Source: Marsupella aquatica
Lineage: Eukaryota > Plantae > Marchantiophyta
DNA: 64,000 bases
Direction: 5' to 3'
NCBI GenBank assembly: GCA_973895155.1
Contig: OZ316898.1
Location: 3,968,480 to 4,032,479 of the forward strand
Below are positions 48,958 to 60,805 of the stretch, piece by piece (positions within the stretch are counted from its first letter, which is position 1; every line of letters begins with the position of its first letter). The translations under genes were made by a program, and so were the position numbers. The notes under the pieces were generated by a model. It was given only the letters and a program-made list of their open reading frames with translations. It did not search any database and was not told the DNA's origin.

Positions 48958-50215
48958 CCTTTGGCAACCTCCACAATGTATGGTTGAAACTTTCCGATTC
49001 CGTCCAGCGCACAGGTAAGCATGGCGATGTCGTCGGCAATAATCCCCTTAACGCCAGCCTTCTTGTAGCCGTTCTTCCCAGACTTGTTCCCAAAATACTC
49101 CTCCAACACCTCAGCGGACACGTCTTCACTTGTGAGCTCCTTCGGAATGCTTCCCACATTGGGCAAGCCAAGGACATTGTGGAAATGATCGATGTCCTTC
49201 ACAAACTCATCAACTGTCCACTCTTCTGATGAGGGGACCTTTACAAGACTCTCACCGTGTGATTTCGGTGGTAGCTTGTGACTCGTGGACTTTCCAGGCA
49301 TTTCAGAAGACATACCTATTGTGTAGCTTGAGTTCTCCCAGCTACTCGCTCCAAGCGTTGGCAACAAACTATTTGGGCGCAAACCTGCGCTATACGACTC
49401 CGCCCGAGTCCCTTGAAAGCACGTTACTCCAGAGTCTGACTCGTCCCTTCCAGTGCCTTGCGCCTGAATTACAACACAAGAATGTGAGTTCAATGTCGTC
49501 TCATTTGAAAAGATTGAATGTGTGCCTAATGCGTGGCCTAGATCATAGAAGACATTCAATATTAAACAAGTGGGGAAGAAAACAATCAGAGCAACTTTCC
49601 GAGTGTCCTCAACTTTCAAAATTGTAGCTCAGGTCTTGTAACTCTTCAATCTCCACAACGCAAACGAGAATGCAAAAAGTTCCAGAGATTCAAATGCTTC
49701 CAGCCCTTGACCAAAAGCAACTTTCTGCGCCAAAATGCAATGTCGTTCCCTCCTACGTTCCCTCCCCTGCTACCTAATCAAGGATCACAATGTTGCAGTC
49801 TTCTCCAACTGGCACATTGCACAACATTCAAACTGGAGTACGCATCGTGAAAGTTGATTCAACGCGACAAAAAGGAAATAGAAAGGAAGTGCGCACTTTG
49901 CGCCCAGGTCTCCCTTGATTGCAGGCAATGCTACGGTTTGGATCATCCTTCTAGCAGGAAGGGTCAAGATCCAACAATGCTACTCCCTCAACCACCACCA
50001 CTGATCTTCATTGCCACCATGGCACGGTCCGGATTTGCTGACCTTTCTAATTTTGAAATGATAGGAGGTTACGGTAGTAATGTCTTTTCGGCCCTTCCTC
50101 CCTCCAATGTGATTGTACTTGCAACAACCTCCTCCCTCATCATTACATGACTTGTAGTACTAACTGTACTATGAGCTTTGTGGTAGGGGTGGTATTAGGA
50201 GGGGTATTATTTTGC

Positions 50216-51522
50216 TCAAATTAGACCCCCTCTAGCTTGCTTTTGTCCACCTACAGAGTTGTCCAGCCTTGGGCAACCAAGTGCTGCGAGTTGATAATCC
50301 CTCAAAGAATTGTGCATCAAAAATCTCTGCAAGACTAATTTTTTTGCATCTACATTGAACTTCTCCATTCGATTCAATAGATCTCTAATTATCTCATGGA
50401 CTAAAGCATCAATACACCTTTGCTTCCTATTGGGAGTTGGATTCACCTCACTGTTATTTGTGGCTTTTCTTTTCATCCTTGTGCTATACTGTTGCTTGTC
50501 CCAATATGCAACTCTTTTCCTCGATGCCTCTTTCCTTCTGAATGCCGCAGCCTTGTCTGTACATCAACAACCAACCCTACCTCGTTGGTACTACACCTGA
50601 CTCGTCTATTCAAGGTTTGGAGATGTGTTTCCTTTCAGCTTATGCTCACATCCAATCTGGACAACCTTTCCTTGTGTGCAACCAATAGAGTCTATAACGT
50701 AACGACATCTTGATGTGCCCGTGCAGTGATTTGAAGTGCCTCAATCTTGGGCCCAGCATTCTCAAGCTCTGCACATTGTTGCTTCGTATGAAGAAGCAAC
50801 TGCACAATTTCCTCCTCTGCATCAGCAAGCAATTGTAGACCTTGCTGCTCTACTTCTTCCAACATGGATTGCTCAATTAGCATGGCATATTTCTTCCTCT
50901 GCTCCTTCTCGTAGTAAACCTTGCGCCTTTGAAGATTTCGTGCTTCTCTCTTCTTTTGTGCTGATTCATCTTCTGCTTCACAAACGACCTTCACCATGAT
51001 GTCATCGATCAAGTTCTAATACTCAAAGACTTGTACTCTATCAAATGCTTTGGACGGGCCCGTGTACGGGGCTTTGTGATATCTGATGGAACTGAGTTGA
51101 CTGATTGGAACCTGCATCGCAATGTGCGGGAGTTGTTAATTAGATTGGAACCTGCGTTGCAATGTGCGGGAATTACAGTCTTCTTGGACTTAATTTCTTG
51201 CAAGGAAGTGTAGACTCATTTGCGCTCTTCTCAATAGCTAGTAGGCTGAGCATTTACCGCACAATCAGGTCATTGCAATGCAATGGGTCCAACCAAATCT
51301 TTAGCGGAACATTTAAATCACAATGTGGCATACCTGACGCCTGTATGTGATTCAACTTAAGATGATGAGTGCCTACCGTGGAAGAGCACCTGGAGCCTCT
51401 CACTGATCACATGATCAGCGCCTCCCTTCGGCGAGCATCTCAAGCCCGTAGTTGCACTTTCAGACGATGAGTGCCTCCCTTCAACCAACCTGCGGGATCT
51501 TAATTTGAACTGAGCGCCTCCC
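50216..51522 (-). mobile_element. Truncated 5' part of a second, inverted Sola2-like element
   Basis: ORF pieces (coiled coil, then PNRKQR...LQRFLMHNSL) parallel the N-terminus at ~24860-25100 (PNRSVR...MERFWTHKGM). Possible GGGAG terminus at 51522 with repeated GAG(T/C)GCCT motifs. Confidence 0.4.
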
Positions 51523-53069
51523 ATATATATCTACGTACCAAGCTACCATTGCCAATTCCCTTCTGTCTTATAACTTAAGTTGCTTCTCCTTTCCATTTTC
51601 AGAATGCCAGGCATACGTCTACTTCACAATGCCGAATTTTGCTCAAGAGGCTTGTGATTCACTCATCGACATTCATTGATGTTGTGTCGCGGTTTCTCTG
51701 TCATCAGTGACCAAAATCACCAACTCGCATGGGAATGTGCACGCACAACCCTCTCTCCTAAGTTGTACCATTGTTCGTGATCTTGGGAAATCGTTGTGAG
51801 TCCTTTCTTGAGGACTCTCTCCTTTCGGGAGTCCTCGTATTCAAATTAATTCAAACAACGCACAAACCTCTAGGCAGTCAGCGACGTTTCTTAATATCTG
51901 GCAAAGTAGTAGGACTCAAGCCTCGACAGGATCCTTGGCTTTCACGCTTTCACGCTTTCCCAAGATGGACAGGATCCTTGGCATTCACGCTCTTCCATGT
52001 TTGACAGGCTCTTGTGCATTGTCATGACTTCTCGTGACTAGGGAAATAAATCTTGTCAAATTCAAATCTGACCGTAAGATAGATTGACCCAAACAAATCT
52101 AGGCCATTCCATGTAACATTTGGTCATTCTTGGTATCCCATGCGTATGTGGCCAAAGAGTCTAGTCCTTTTTGAGGAGAAAAAGGATATCCTTTTAGTAC
52201 CCCTCAATCTTGCCATCCACCATTTCTTGGAGTGGAGATCCGAATCGGTAACAAATGAAAGAACATAACAATTTCATAAGGACGAAACGAGCACACTGAC
52301 TGCACCATAGCTCTTGTGGGTTCTTACAGATCCAATCTATTACACAAGCTCGTATTTCAGGAGTTTATAAAGGAGGCAGCTTGAAATCAAAGACCAGTCT
52401 GCATGTAGGACTTCAAATTGTATCTCCATATCTGGTTTTTGAAAGGGAAGAGATGACCCAGTGCTCCATTGCACCAAACAGAGCTCGGCTTGATTTGGCA
52501 ATAAGAAATACTATCTAGCAATTGATAGACCAGGGCTCTACAAGTTTCTACGAGCACAGTCGATGCCTTTTCATGATCAAATTGAAAATATTAGAAGTGA
52601 AGCTGATTTGAGAGATCACTTGATAAGGACGCGAATCATTATTGGAGCGAACAGAAGCACCAAATCTGTCAAACGCATCGACCCTCAAGAGGCGCGTTTG
52701 CAAGAGGCTGTGGTAAAAAGGATTGTGTTTAAAGAGACCTTCAGATATGGATAAAGGATTTTGATGAAATCATCCGGGAGTTCCTGGGTGAGAGGTCAAT
52801 GTTGTTATTGTGAGGAAGAAGGAACGGAAACTAAGAGATGAGGAACTCGGGGCAGAGGAGTAGGTTTGGTTACTGAAAGGCGAAAAAGATCGAAAGGTTC
52901 AGGTGACGATTAGAGCTGTTTGGGAGACAGTAGTGGGAATGCATTTTGTTGAAGTTCAGGAGAGAAACGGTCAAATGTGACTTATGTGATGAGAAGAATT
53001 GGATTGAAAACTGATAGATAATGTGAATGGGTCATAAGGAATGGGGAAGTGTAATGGAGAAGATAGGGG

Positions 53070-53250
53070 TCCATGAACTAATTTATGGAAAATGTACAAC
53101 TAATTAAGGAAGTCTTTATCTACACAAACTTGTGCTGCTCGTTGTCACCAAAGATGCTGCAATTTTTCTTGCCACATTTTACTCCTGTATAATTTGTACT
53201 ATATGAGTAGAACGAGAATTTTGATGTACTTTCCTGGGTTACTAAATTGT
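53070..53250 (+). repeat. Dispersed direct repeat, also found split at ~62395-62476 and ~63891-64000
   Basis: TCTACACAAAC.TGTGCTGCTCGTTGTCACCAA at ~53119 and ~62443; TTTTCTTGCCACATTT...CCTGTATA.TTGTACTATATGAGTAGAA at ~53164 and ~63913. Confidence 0.8.
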
Positions 53251-53552
53251 GTAATGTTTACTACATGAGTACAAAAAGAGTTTTGATACGGTCCATCCGG
53301 ACTGAAAATCTCTATCCGAGTCCCTGGAAAACATTGAGGTCCATCATCCGAGTTTCTAGGATCCAGAACACTTCACGGAAGCCCACAGACAAGGAGGTTG
53401 CTCTCCACGAATCTCAAGGGCCCAAATTGAGGTTCAATTGAACTCTTCTTCCTCACTCCAGAGATTGAAACATTCTGCATCGAGCTTAAGTTCAGTGAAC
53501 GCGGGGAACATCACCGCTAGTCGGACAGTGGTTCAGCTGCGAGCCGATTCGG

Positions 53553-55436
53553 ATGGCAAGTATATACAATCTCTTCGTCATTAACAAGTCCGGCGGCCTC
53601 ATCTTCTACAAGGTATTTCAGTTTTATCAAAACACCTTGCTGTACATTCCTCTTTTGACATTCCATGCACCTCACGAGTCTTTTCTTCAGGGTTCTGGAA
53701 CGTCTTCTCCAAGTGCCGTATTTCATTCATCTCTCTGTCCGAGTCGCTGTGAGGGCAATGCTGGATAAGGGGGTAAAAACCACCATGAATTGATTCTCTG
53801 TCACTGACCAAATAGTTAGAGCTCAAGAGATCGTTGGTCTTAAGTACTGGATTAGCTGGTGGAGCGAAATCTATTGTATTCCTGGTACTGACCAATTATT
53901 AGGTCTGGTCTTCTTTTTAACCAAATGGCGAGCAATGCCGTTCTGGCTTGTTTTTTTGGTCGTAGTGGCTGTCGTTGTAATCTACGGTGCTCACTTATGT
54001 GACAGGATTATGGTTCCACGGGACGGTTGGACACTAATGATAGTTTGAGATTAGCGAGTCTCTGGCACTCGATGCATGCGATTTCCGTTCAGCTTTCTCC
54101 TACACCAGGCTGCACTGGGATTGAAGTTCTGGAGGCCGATACATTTGATCTTCACTGCTTCCAGTCGCTCACAGGTACCATCGACCTTTCCCTTTCCGGC
54201 GCATCACTGTTTCTAACGGTTACCTGCACGCAGTTGTAGGATCAGAGGCGCAATAGAACCAAGATACACATCGTGATGGACGGTAGTTGTCCGTAGCGAA
54301 TGGTTTTACCTTGGTCGTCTAGTTGCTATTATGCCCTTTAGAGTTCCTGATGTCTCGTGGACTTCATTATCACCGAGTGGACGTTTCCAGCAATAATTAG
54401 TGATGTTCTTCTTGAAAACTTCTGAAGAACCTGAGGTCTAAAGTACCACATAGATCAGATCACTGGCCAGATTTCCACGTTGCATCAAGGATAACAACAC
54501 TGACTCTGTGGGCTCATTAGAATTCGGTCCTCTTTCATGATATGGAATGCGTTTAATATCTACGCTCGTGTCACCCATCCTGACCATACGCATGGTCAAC
54601 TGTCAGTTTGGTGTACCGGGGTTGTCCAAATTGCCTCACAACTTCGTCCCCAGATGCTATCTGTACAGATTTAGGGGTGGTGATCGTATTTCTCAATGTA
54701 GTGCACATTACTCATGGTCTGAAGCTTTGAAATGTGTGGCGTTTCTGAGCGTTAGTTCTTGTTCATTGAACTGTAGAAGATGAGAGTACAATGTCTGAGA
54801 CTGAAAGTTAAGCCAATTTTTATCTCCATTTCTCTCACATCCGCAAGAAATAGGTCTGGATGCCTATTGAATACATTCATTAGGTAGTAGCAGGCTGAGA
54901 GCAACCCTCCATCCTTCAGGATATCGAGTTTGAACTGTAGTCTCAACCACTAAGCCACCAGTACAGAACTAAAGCTCGTTCTGACTGATGTCTGTAGCTG
55001 CTCAAAGAAACTGCCCAAAGAAGGGATTGATCCCTATATGGTCTCTGTTTTCTAATTTTGCAGGTTTACTCGTCCATTTAATATCCAAATTCATGAGCCT
55101 TTCCCCCGAACTTAGTGGCAAGGATCTATCCGCAAAGTCTAGCACAAGCCTCCGTGAATGGGTACATGGTCTACCGTCTGGTTATTTGATACTATTTCCA
55201 TCTCTGTCCGTCTGACTTGAAAGTTCTTTGTATGTCCAGGTACAAAACTGTTTGTTGCAACTGAACCTGGAGCACCGGGCATACCGAATTTGCTTAAAAC
55301 CATTTATGAACTATATGCTGATTATGTGTTGAAGAATCCATTTTATGAAGTCGAAATGCCCATCAGATGTGAGCTCTTTGAGCTTACCCTGCTTCAAGCC
55401 ATTCCCAAGGACAAGTCATACTCAATAACTCGGTAG
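53553..55436 (+). CDS. TRAPPC4: Trafficking protein particle complex subunit 4 (Trs23, sybindin family), 141 aa
   Basis: Exons 53553-53612, 54006-54174, 55240-55436 (GT-AG, 426 nt): [47 protein letters not shown]...FQSLTG-TKLFV...[25 protein letters not shown]. Confidence 0.95.
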
Positions 55437-58400
55437 TTGTAGATGATTCTAGAAATATTGTTTTGATGTTGCTTCCATCTAAAGTGATTTGTAATGGTTC
55501 ATACTGTTTCATTAGGTGGCACTGGTTTCATCTCCCTTCCATGTGATGAATTCCAACCTTTAGATTGAACACAGGTAGATGAGCAAGAGGCACGAACTGA
55601 AATGCCACTGGTCCAAATTTAACTACCGTAGTGCCGTTTTTCTCTCACGGTGAGGGATTTCAATTTCAAGATTGAGTTCGTATCAGATCTCAAGACAATT
55701 CTTTACTGCAAAGTCAAGATGTATGTGGGTTTTTCCAGTCTATCCATCAGTTGGAAAGCTTCTTCCCTTGTTTCTCTTGGCGTGTATTCCTGCCACAAAC
55801 AGATTGTCATAAATACTTCTGGCGAGGTAAAATCTAATGAGGAATCTGCCCAGGATGCTATCTTTAAATCTATAACATTTGATGAAATCCTTATCTGCTA
55901 TATTTCATTCACTAAAGCAACCGGCTGTCACAATTGTGAAACGATGCAAACCTTCAAAAATCACCGTCCCCTCTCAAACAGCAGTACAGGACCTTCCAAA
56001 ACGATTCTGCAGCTGAAAAGCAGCTTCAAAGGCTCGTATTCGGTAGCAGGGTTTCTCATTCTCCTGATAGTGTCGCCGTATTTCCGTAAGTACTTGTCCA
56101 TGCAATGTGGGATATAAAGTAGCATTCACAAGACTGAAGGTACTTTGAAACAGGGGCATCAGTTTACATTATAATTTTATTAGTACACCAGATCCTTACC
56201 ATGTAACTTTATTAGCATGGTACTTCGAAATTTGGGTACCGGTCTGCCATCTATTACACCATCTATTACAACATATAATTTCACTTGTACAGTAGAACCC
56301 TGCATGCACGCAAATAGATTTCTGCTATAGCACACACCTTAGTTCTTATTATGTGACTTGTTGGCAGCAATCTGTGTGACACACGGAAAAAGAAGAGCAG
56401 AGGAGAGAACATTCACCACCAATTCCAAATAATGTACAATCATACAAATGGTATGGAGAAATGATGATTGTAGTGAACGTAATAGTGAGCAATTTGCAAC
56501 TACTCAAACCATATTGCTAGACTCTTGTTTGGCTCTTACTTTAAAGAAGAAAAAACCTGTTAATACTTTAATTTTTGTTGAAAATGACAAACAAGACCAA
56601 AACCCCTAATAAGTACTCATTGTTTGTTCTATGTGTGGTTGTGATGTGTTACATCTATTTTGCATGGGACAAAAAACACAAGTGACCTGATGGCAATAGT
56701 TTGTTCCTGCATTAATTTTTAGATTTAGATGGATGACATCAGGGGGCCACTATTGGGGAGGCTGAGCCATTGCCAGTTGTTGCGGGAGTACTGGAACCCC
56801 TATTCATGGTTCTCTGAGGAACTTCACTAGCCTAAAATTTATTTGTAAGAGTTTTACATGATCATTATATTATTTGTTTTAGGCGAAATTAATGGAATGG
56901 TTCTCAATAAATGTAAGTTACAATTGAATGAACGAGTGCATCGCTCCCTTCCCTTCCGTTCTCAATCAAGTGTCTCCGATGCACACATTCCTTGGTCGCG
57001 TCTTTAGATTGTGGAGCATTGTCCACCGGTTTTCATCCCTCCAACATCTAAACCGTAATTTTTTCATCTTTGCAGGAATCAGCGGCAGCGGCTGGGAAAT
57101 AACTTACAAAATGGAAGTGTCCGTGTGAAGAATTTCCTATCTTCTTTTCATGGAGATGCCAGAGAGCTGAAACAGCAGACGCCATGGGCGAAGCAAATAT
57201 TCAACGACGAAGTGAACATGAATACCACAGGGTGTCGAAGAGAATTGTGGATGTACACTCTTTCAATAGACCGTTTGACGAATCTCATCGACCCACAGGG
57301 AATTCTCCTTCTCTATCAGCCAGCTCCCCGCTACGCTTGAGCCTAAATTTCCTGAGAAACTTAGGTGACACAGGAAATGGCCATGGATAGGGGACATACC
57401 TGGCTAAACAAACTGTCCAATGTAACGGATATACATCCTCCCTCAAATAACAAATGAGGGTCACAATTCACCCTATAAAATACAAAATGCCAAGGAACCC
57501 AACTTCAGGGAGTGACTTAGGTGACCGAATCTGTGTCATACCAATTGTTTATCTCTCAAAGAGGGGAACACAAGCCTCAAGGAGCTAGCATGTAGGTGGA
57601 ATGCTTCCAACTCGAGGAAGATGAACGTTACTAAACTACTATTCACAACTCTCCCCGGAAACTCGAAAGAAGAATCCAGTCTGAGAGAAGCAGCAAAGAT
57701 AGACCCACAAGCCAGTGAAGGAATCGGTTAACGGATTGAACAGTGCCAACATTCGAATGAGCAAGCTTCAAGCTCGAAAGAGATTTACACTTACCAACGA
57801 ACAAGAACTGTCATCTAACCCCATAATAAAACTCACAAAAGTAGATAGCTAAAATTCATTCCTTTGCTTTCAGAGGGAAACTTCATTCAGGATGTATTAG
57901 AAACATCACCAGAAAAATTGCATGTCGGATCCTTTCCCCTGGCTGCAGTAACAGCATCATCGTTCTTTCAAAGCCCATGTCCACGACAAGGCAACTAGTA
58001 TAGCGCTTATGTAAAATTCTCCGTCTCCTAAACTAACGAGGAAATCTGGAGTAATTCCTCAAATCAAAAGAATTCTGTACATCTCAAGCCTAGAGCTTGA
58101 TATCGCACATCAGTGATTTCGACAGTCACAAACCAACTCATCTAGGTTTTCTGTAATCCGTTATCCCGTGAACCTAGAAATTAAACATTTGTCAGCACTG
58201 ACCAACTATTTTCTTCCTGATTATTTTCAGTGAGAGTACCTGAATGATTGGGAATGGCTTTCGCATCCGTTGAGCGACAAATTCGTGTATGAATGAAATA
58301 TTGCTTCAGCCTGGTAAGGGTCCCATGAACGTCAAACAATCTCAAGTCCACGTTACAGAAGTGCTATTGTCGAGGCCTGGAATACCAACCTCCAAAAAAA

Positions 58401-58501
58401 TGCTTTTGACCGTATGCCCTTCATCTAGCAAACAACGAAAAAATGATTGTATCTGGTCTGTCACTGAGTACTGCTTTAGAGTCACTTTCCACTCAATCTG
58501 G

Positions 58502-60805
58502 TCACCAGAAATCACCACAAGAACACACTCCATCTGCGAAATGGTGGAATCGACTTGCATCCCTTGCTATAATCTCGCGTCCTGTCACCTTGGAGATAAA
58601 CTTTGATGCTGTATGGCAATCTGAACACACCCGAAGGTTCTTGTATATACGAATAGGATTCCCCGGAGGTACGCGCAGAAGTCCGTAAGTAATAGCCAAC
58701 TTTTCACTATGAGAACAAAGAGCTAGTTCTTTATCCACTTCATCGATATTCTGTAACACAAGCTGGGTATCAGGAATGTAGCCTTCAGCCTTCAGCTTTT
58801 CAGTCAAGTTTTTCAGCTCCGTATATATCGCCTTCGCTTCTGGGTGAGATACATCTCCTACAACAAAGGCATGGATCTTGTTCTCAACTTCAATCCAGCT
58901 ACGCCCTGGATCCTTCCGGACACCTCTCCTTTGCATCATAGTCCTCACCAATGACACTTTCTCCCATTTGCCAGCTGCAGCATAGATGTTGGAGAGAAGA
59001 ACATATGTAGAGTCATTACTGGGATCCAACTTGAAAAGCTCGTTTGCGGCATGTTCGCCAACCTCCACATTACCGAAAGTTCTACAAGCCCCAAGCAGGG
59101 ATGTCCAAGTTACAACATCTGGTTCAATTGGCATGTCTCTAATGAAGAGCTTTGCTTCCTCCAAGTGTCCGGTCCGCCCAAGAAGATCCACCATGCATGT
59201 ATAGTGCACAATGTCAGGCTCGATGCCATAATCTTGCGTCATAGCTGAAAAGAGTCTACGGCCGTCATCAAGAAGGCCTCCATGGCAACAGGCAGACAAT
59301 ACTGCCACGAATGTTGTCCCGTCGGGCTTCACAAGGTCCGAATTCATTTTTCTGAAGAGTTCCAGCGCTTCACGGCCAAATCCATGTAGAGCAAGCCCAC
59401 CGATCATTGCAGTCCATGACAATACATCCCGTTTCTGCATTCTGTCAAAAACTCGTCGGGCGTCATCTATACTGCCGCTCTCTGCATACATGTGAACCAG
59501 TGCATTGCCCACACGCAAATCTGACTCCAGTCCCGCTTTGCTAGCAAGACCATGAACCTCCTTTACCCACTCCAAAGCCCCCGCACTAGCAGATGCATTT
59601 AGGACGCTGATATAAGTGATTGCATCTGGTTCGAAGCCTTCTCGTCTCATTTCGCGAAACAGTCGATATGCTTCCACACCACGACCACTTTCTGCATATG
59701 CTCCAATCATGGTAGTCCATGTGATTAGATCTCGTTTTTTCATTCCGTCAAACACTAGTCGGGCATCATTTATACTCCCACTTTTCGCATACATATGAAC
59801 GAGTGCATTGCCCACACGCAAATCCGACTTCAGTCCCGCTTTGCTAGCATAGCCGTGAACCTCCTTCACCCACTCCAAAGCCCCCGCACTTGCAGATGCA
59901 TTCAGGATGCTTACATAAGTGATTGCGTTTGGCTCGAAGCCTTCGCGTCTCATTTCGAGAAACAGTTCGTATGCTTCCACACCACGGCCACTCTCTGCAT
60001 ATGCTCCGATCATTGCAGTCCATGTGATGAAATCTCGATTAGTCAATTTATCAAAGACTCGCCTTGCCTCCGTGATGCAGCCACACTTTGCATACATCTG
60101 AAGGAGGGCAGTTCCTACACGTACATCTGATTCAAAGCCGGCCTGTCGAAGAGCCTCATGAACCTTTTTCCCCCGCGTTAGAGCTAATGTGCTGGCACAT
60201 GCCTTCAGGATACACAGATATGTGACATCATTTGGCCGCGCACCTACTTGGCGCATTAATTTGAAAAGTTCCAGAGCGGATTCAGCATCATCACTCCTAG
60301 CATATCCTGCAATCATCATGTTCCAAATAATAACACTCTTCTTCTCAAGTTTGTCAAAAACTCGACGTGCATCCAAAAGCCCCCCGCATCTGATATACAC
60401 ATTCAGTAGAGTGTTCGCCACATAGAAATTCTTATCCATTCCACTCTCGATGATGCAGTCATGAACCTGTTTGGCCGCTATAAGGTCATTCTGTTTCAAG
60501 CACATTTGCAGAACTTTAACATACGTGTACGAGTCTGTAGTAGTGCCTCGTTGTAGACGCCTCTTCAAACCAGCAATTGCTTCACTTGTACTACCAGCAC
60601 TGTCCAGTTGCGCGCTGCCTTCCCCTTGTGCATTATCTTGAGACCAATCTCTGGTACCATAACTGGCACGAGATTGCAGACTTCCGTGAGTAATCCATTT
60701 GAGTCTTACCACCCATGCTGGTTTTGACCACCCATCCACCCAAACTGCTTTCCTTCTCATCTTATGGTTAAACTCAGGTGCAGTGGCCTTCCTCTGCGGC
60801 AGCAA
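58502..60805 (-). CDS. PLS-class PPR protein with E/E+/DYW domain (organellar C-to-U RNA editing factor); first in-frame ATG at 60760
   Basis: Repeated P-L-S motifs, PGRSWIE box, HSEKLA, KNLRVCSDCH, C-terminal CSCGDFW. Confidence 0.95.
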   Translation of the reverse strand: MLPQRKATAPEFNHKMRRKAVWVDGWSKPAWVVRLKWITHGSLQSRASYGTRDWSQDNAQGEGSAQLDSAGSTSEAIAGLKRRLQRGTTTDSYTYVKVLQMCLKQNDLIAAKQVHDCIIESGMDKNFYVANTLLNVYIRCGGLLDARRVFDKLEKKSVIIWNMMIAGYARSDDAESALELFKLMRQVGARPNDVTYLCILKACASTLALTRGKKVHEALRQAGFESDVRVGTALLQMYAKCGCITEARRVFDKLTNRDFITWTAMIGAYAESGRGVEAYELFLEMRREGFEPNAITYVSILNASASAGALEWVKEVHGYASKAGLKSDLRVGNALVHMYAKSGSINDARLVFDGMKKRDLITWTTMIGAYAESGRGVEAYRLFREMRREGFEPDAITYISVLNASASAGALEWVKEVHGLASKAGLESDLRVGNALVHMYAESGSIDDARRVFDRMQKRDVLSWTAMIGGLALHGFGREALELFRKMNSDLVKPDGTTFVAVLSACCHGGLLDDGRRLFSAMTQDYGIEPDIVHYTCMVDLLGRTGHLEEAKLFIRDMPIEPDVVTWTSLLGACRTFGNVEVGEHAANELFKLDPSNDSTYVLLSNIYAAAGKWEKVSLVRTMMQRRGVRKDPGRSWIEVENKIHAFVVGDVSHPEAKAIYTELKNLTEKLKAEGYIPDTQLVLQNIDEVDKELALCSHSEKLAITYGLLRVPPGNPIRIYKNLRVCSDCHTASKFISKVTGREIIARDASRFHHFADGVCSCGDFW

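Larger units (their letters stand above)
40929..49313 (-). pseudogene. TE accessory gene: PMD-like N-terminal domain + coiled coil + RING finger + basic tail, interrupted by copia
   Basis: ORF 49313-48958 (HNVLGLPNVG...EEYFGNKSGKNGY) continues across the copia TSD into GLYYEQILKRPVNWAA. Later pieces 42829-40929 include CPVC...TSCGHCYHPTSC...PPKCLAC and an RGRGRG tail. Confidence 0.7.
23880..49915 (+). mobile_element. Large Sola2-type DNA transposon (termini approximate) hosting three nested insertions
   Basis: Plus-strand transposase and convergent minus-strand accessory genes; GACATTGC/GCAATGTC motifs near both approximate ends. No convincing TIR/TSD pair identified. Confidence 0.45.

Noticed and set aside
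22379-51522. ATAT|GGGAG ... CTCCC|ATAT as termini and TSD of the Sola2-like element
   Set aside because: Only 5 bp of inverted match and a low-complexity TSD; other GGGAG candidates (23484, ~49914) are equally weak.
55650-56117. 155-aa ORF downstream of TRAPPC4
   Set aside because: GTG start, no domain, lies in 3' UTR/intergenic sequence.
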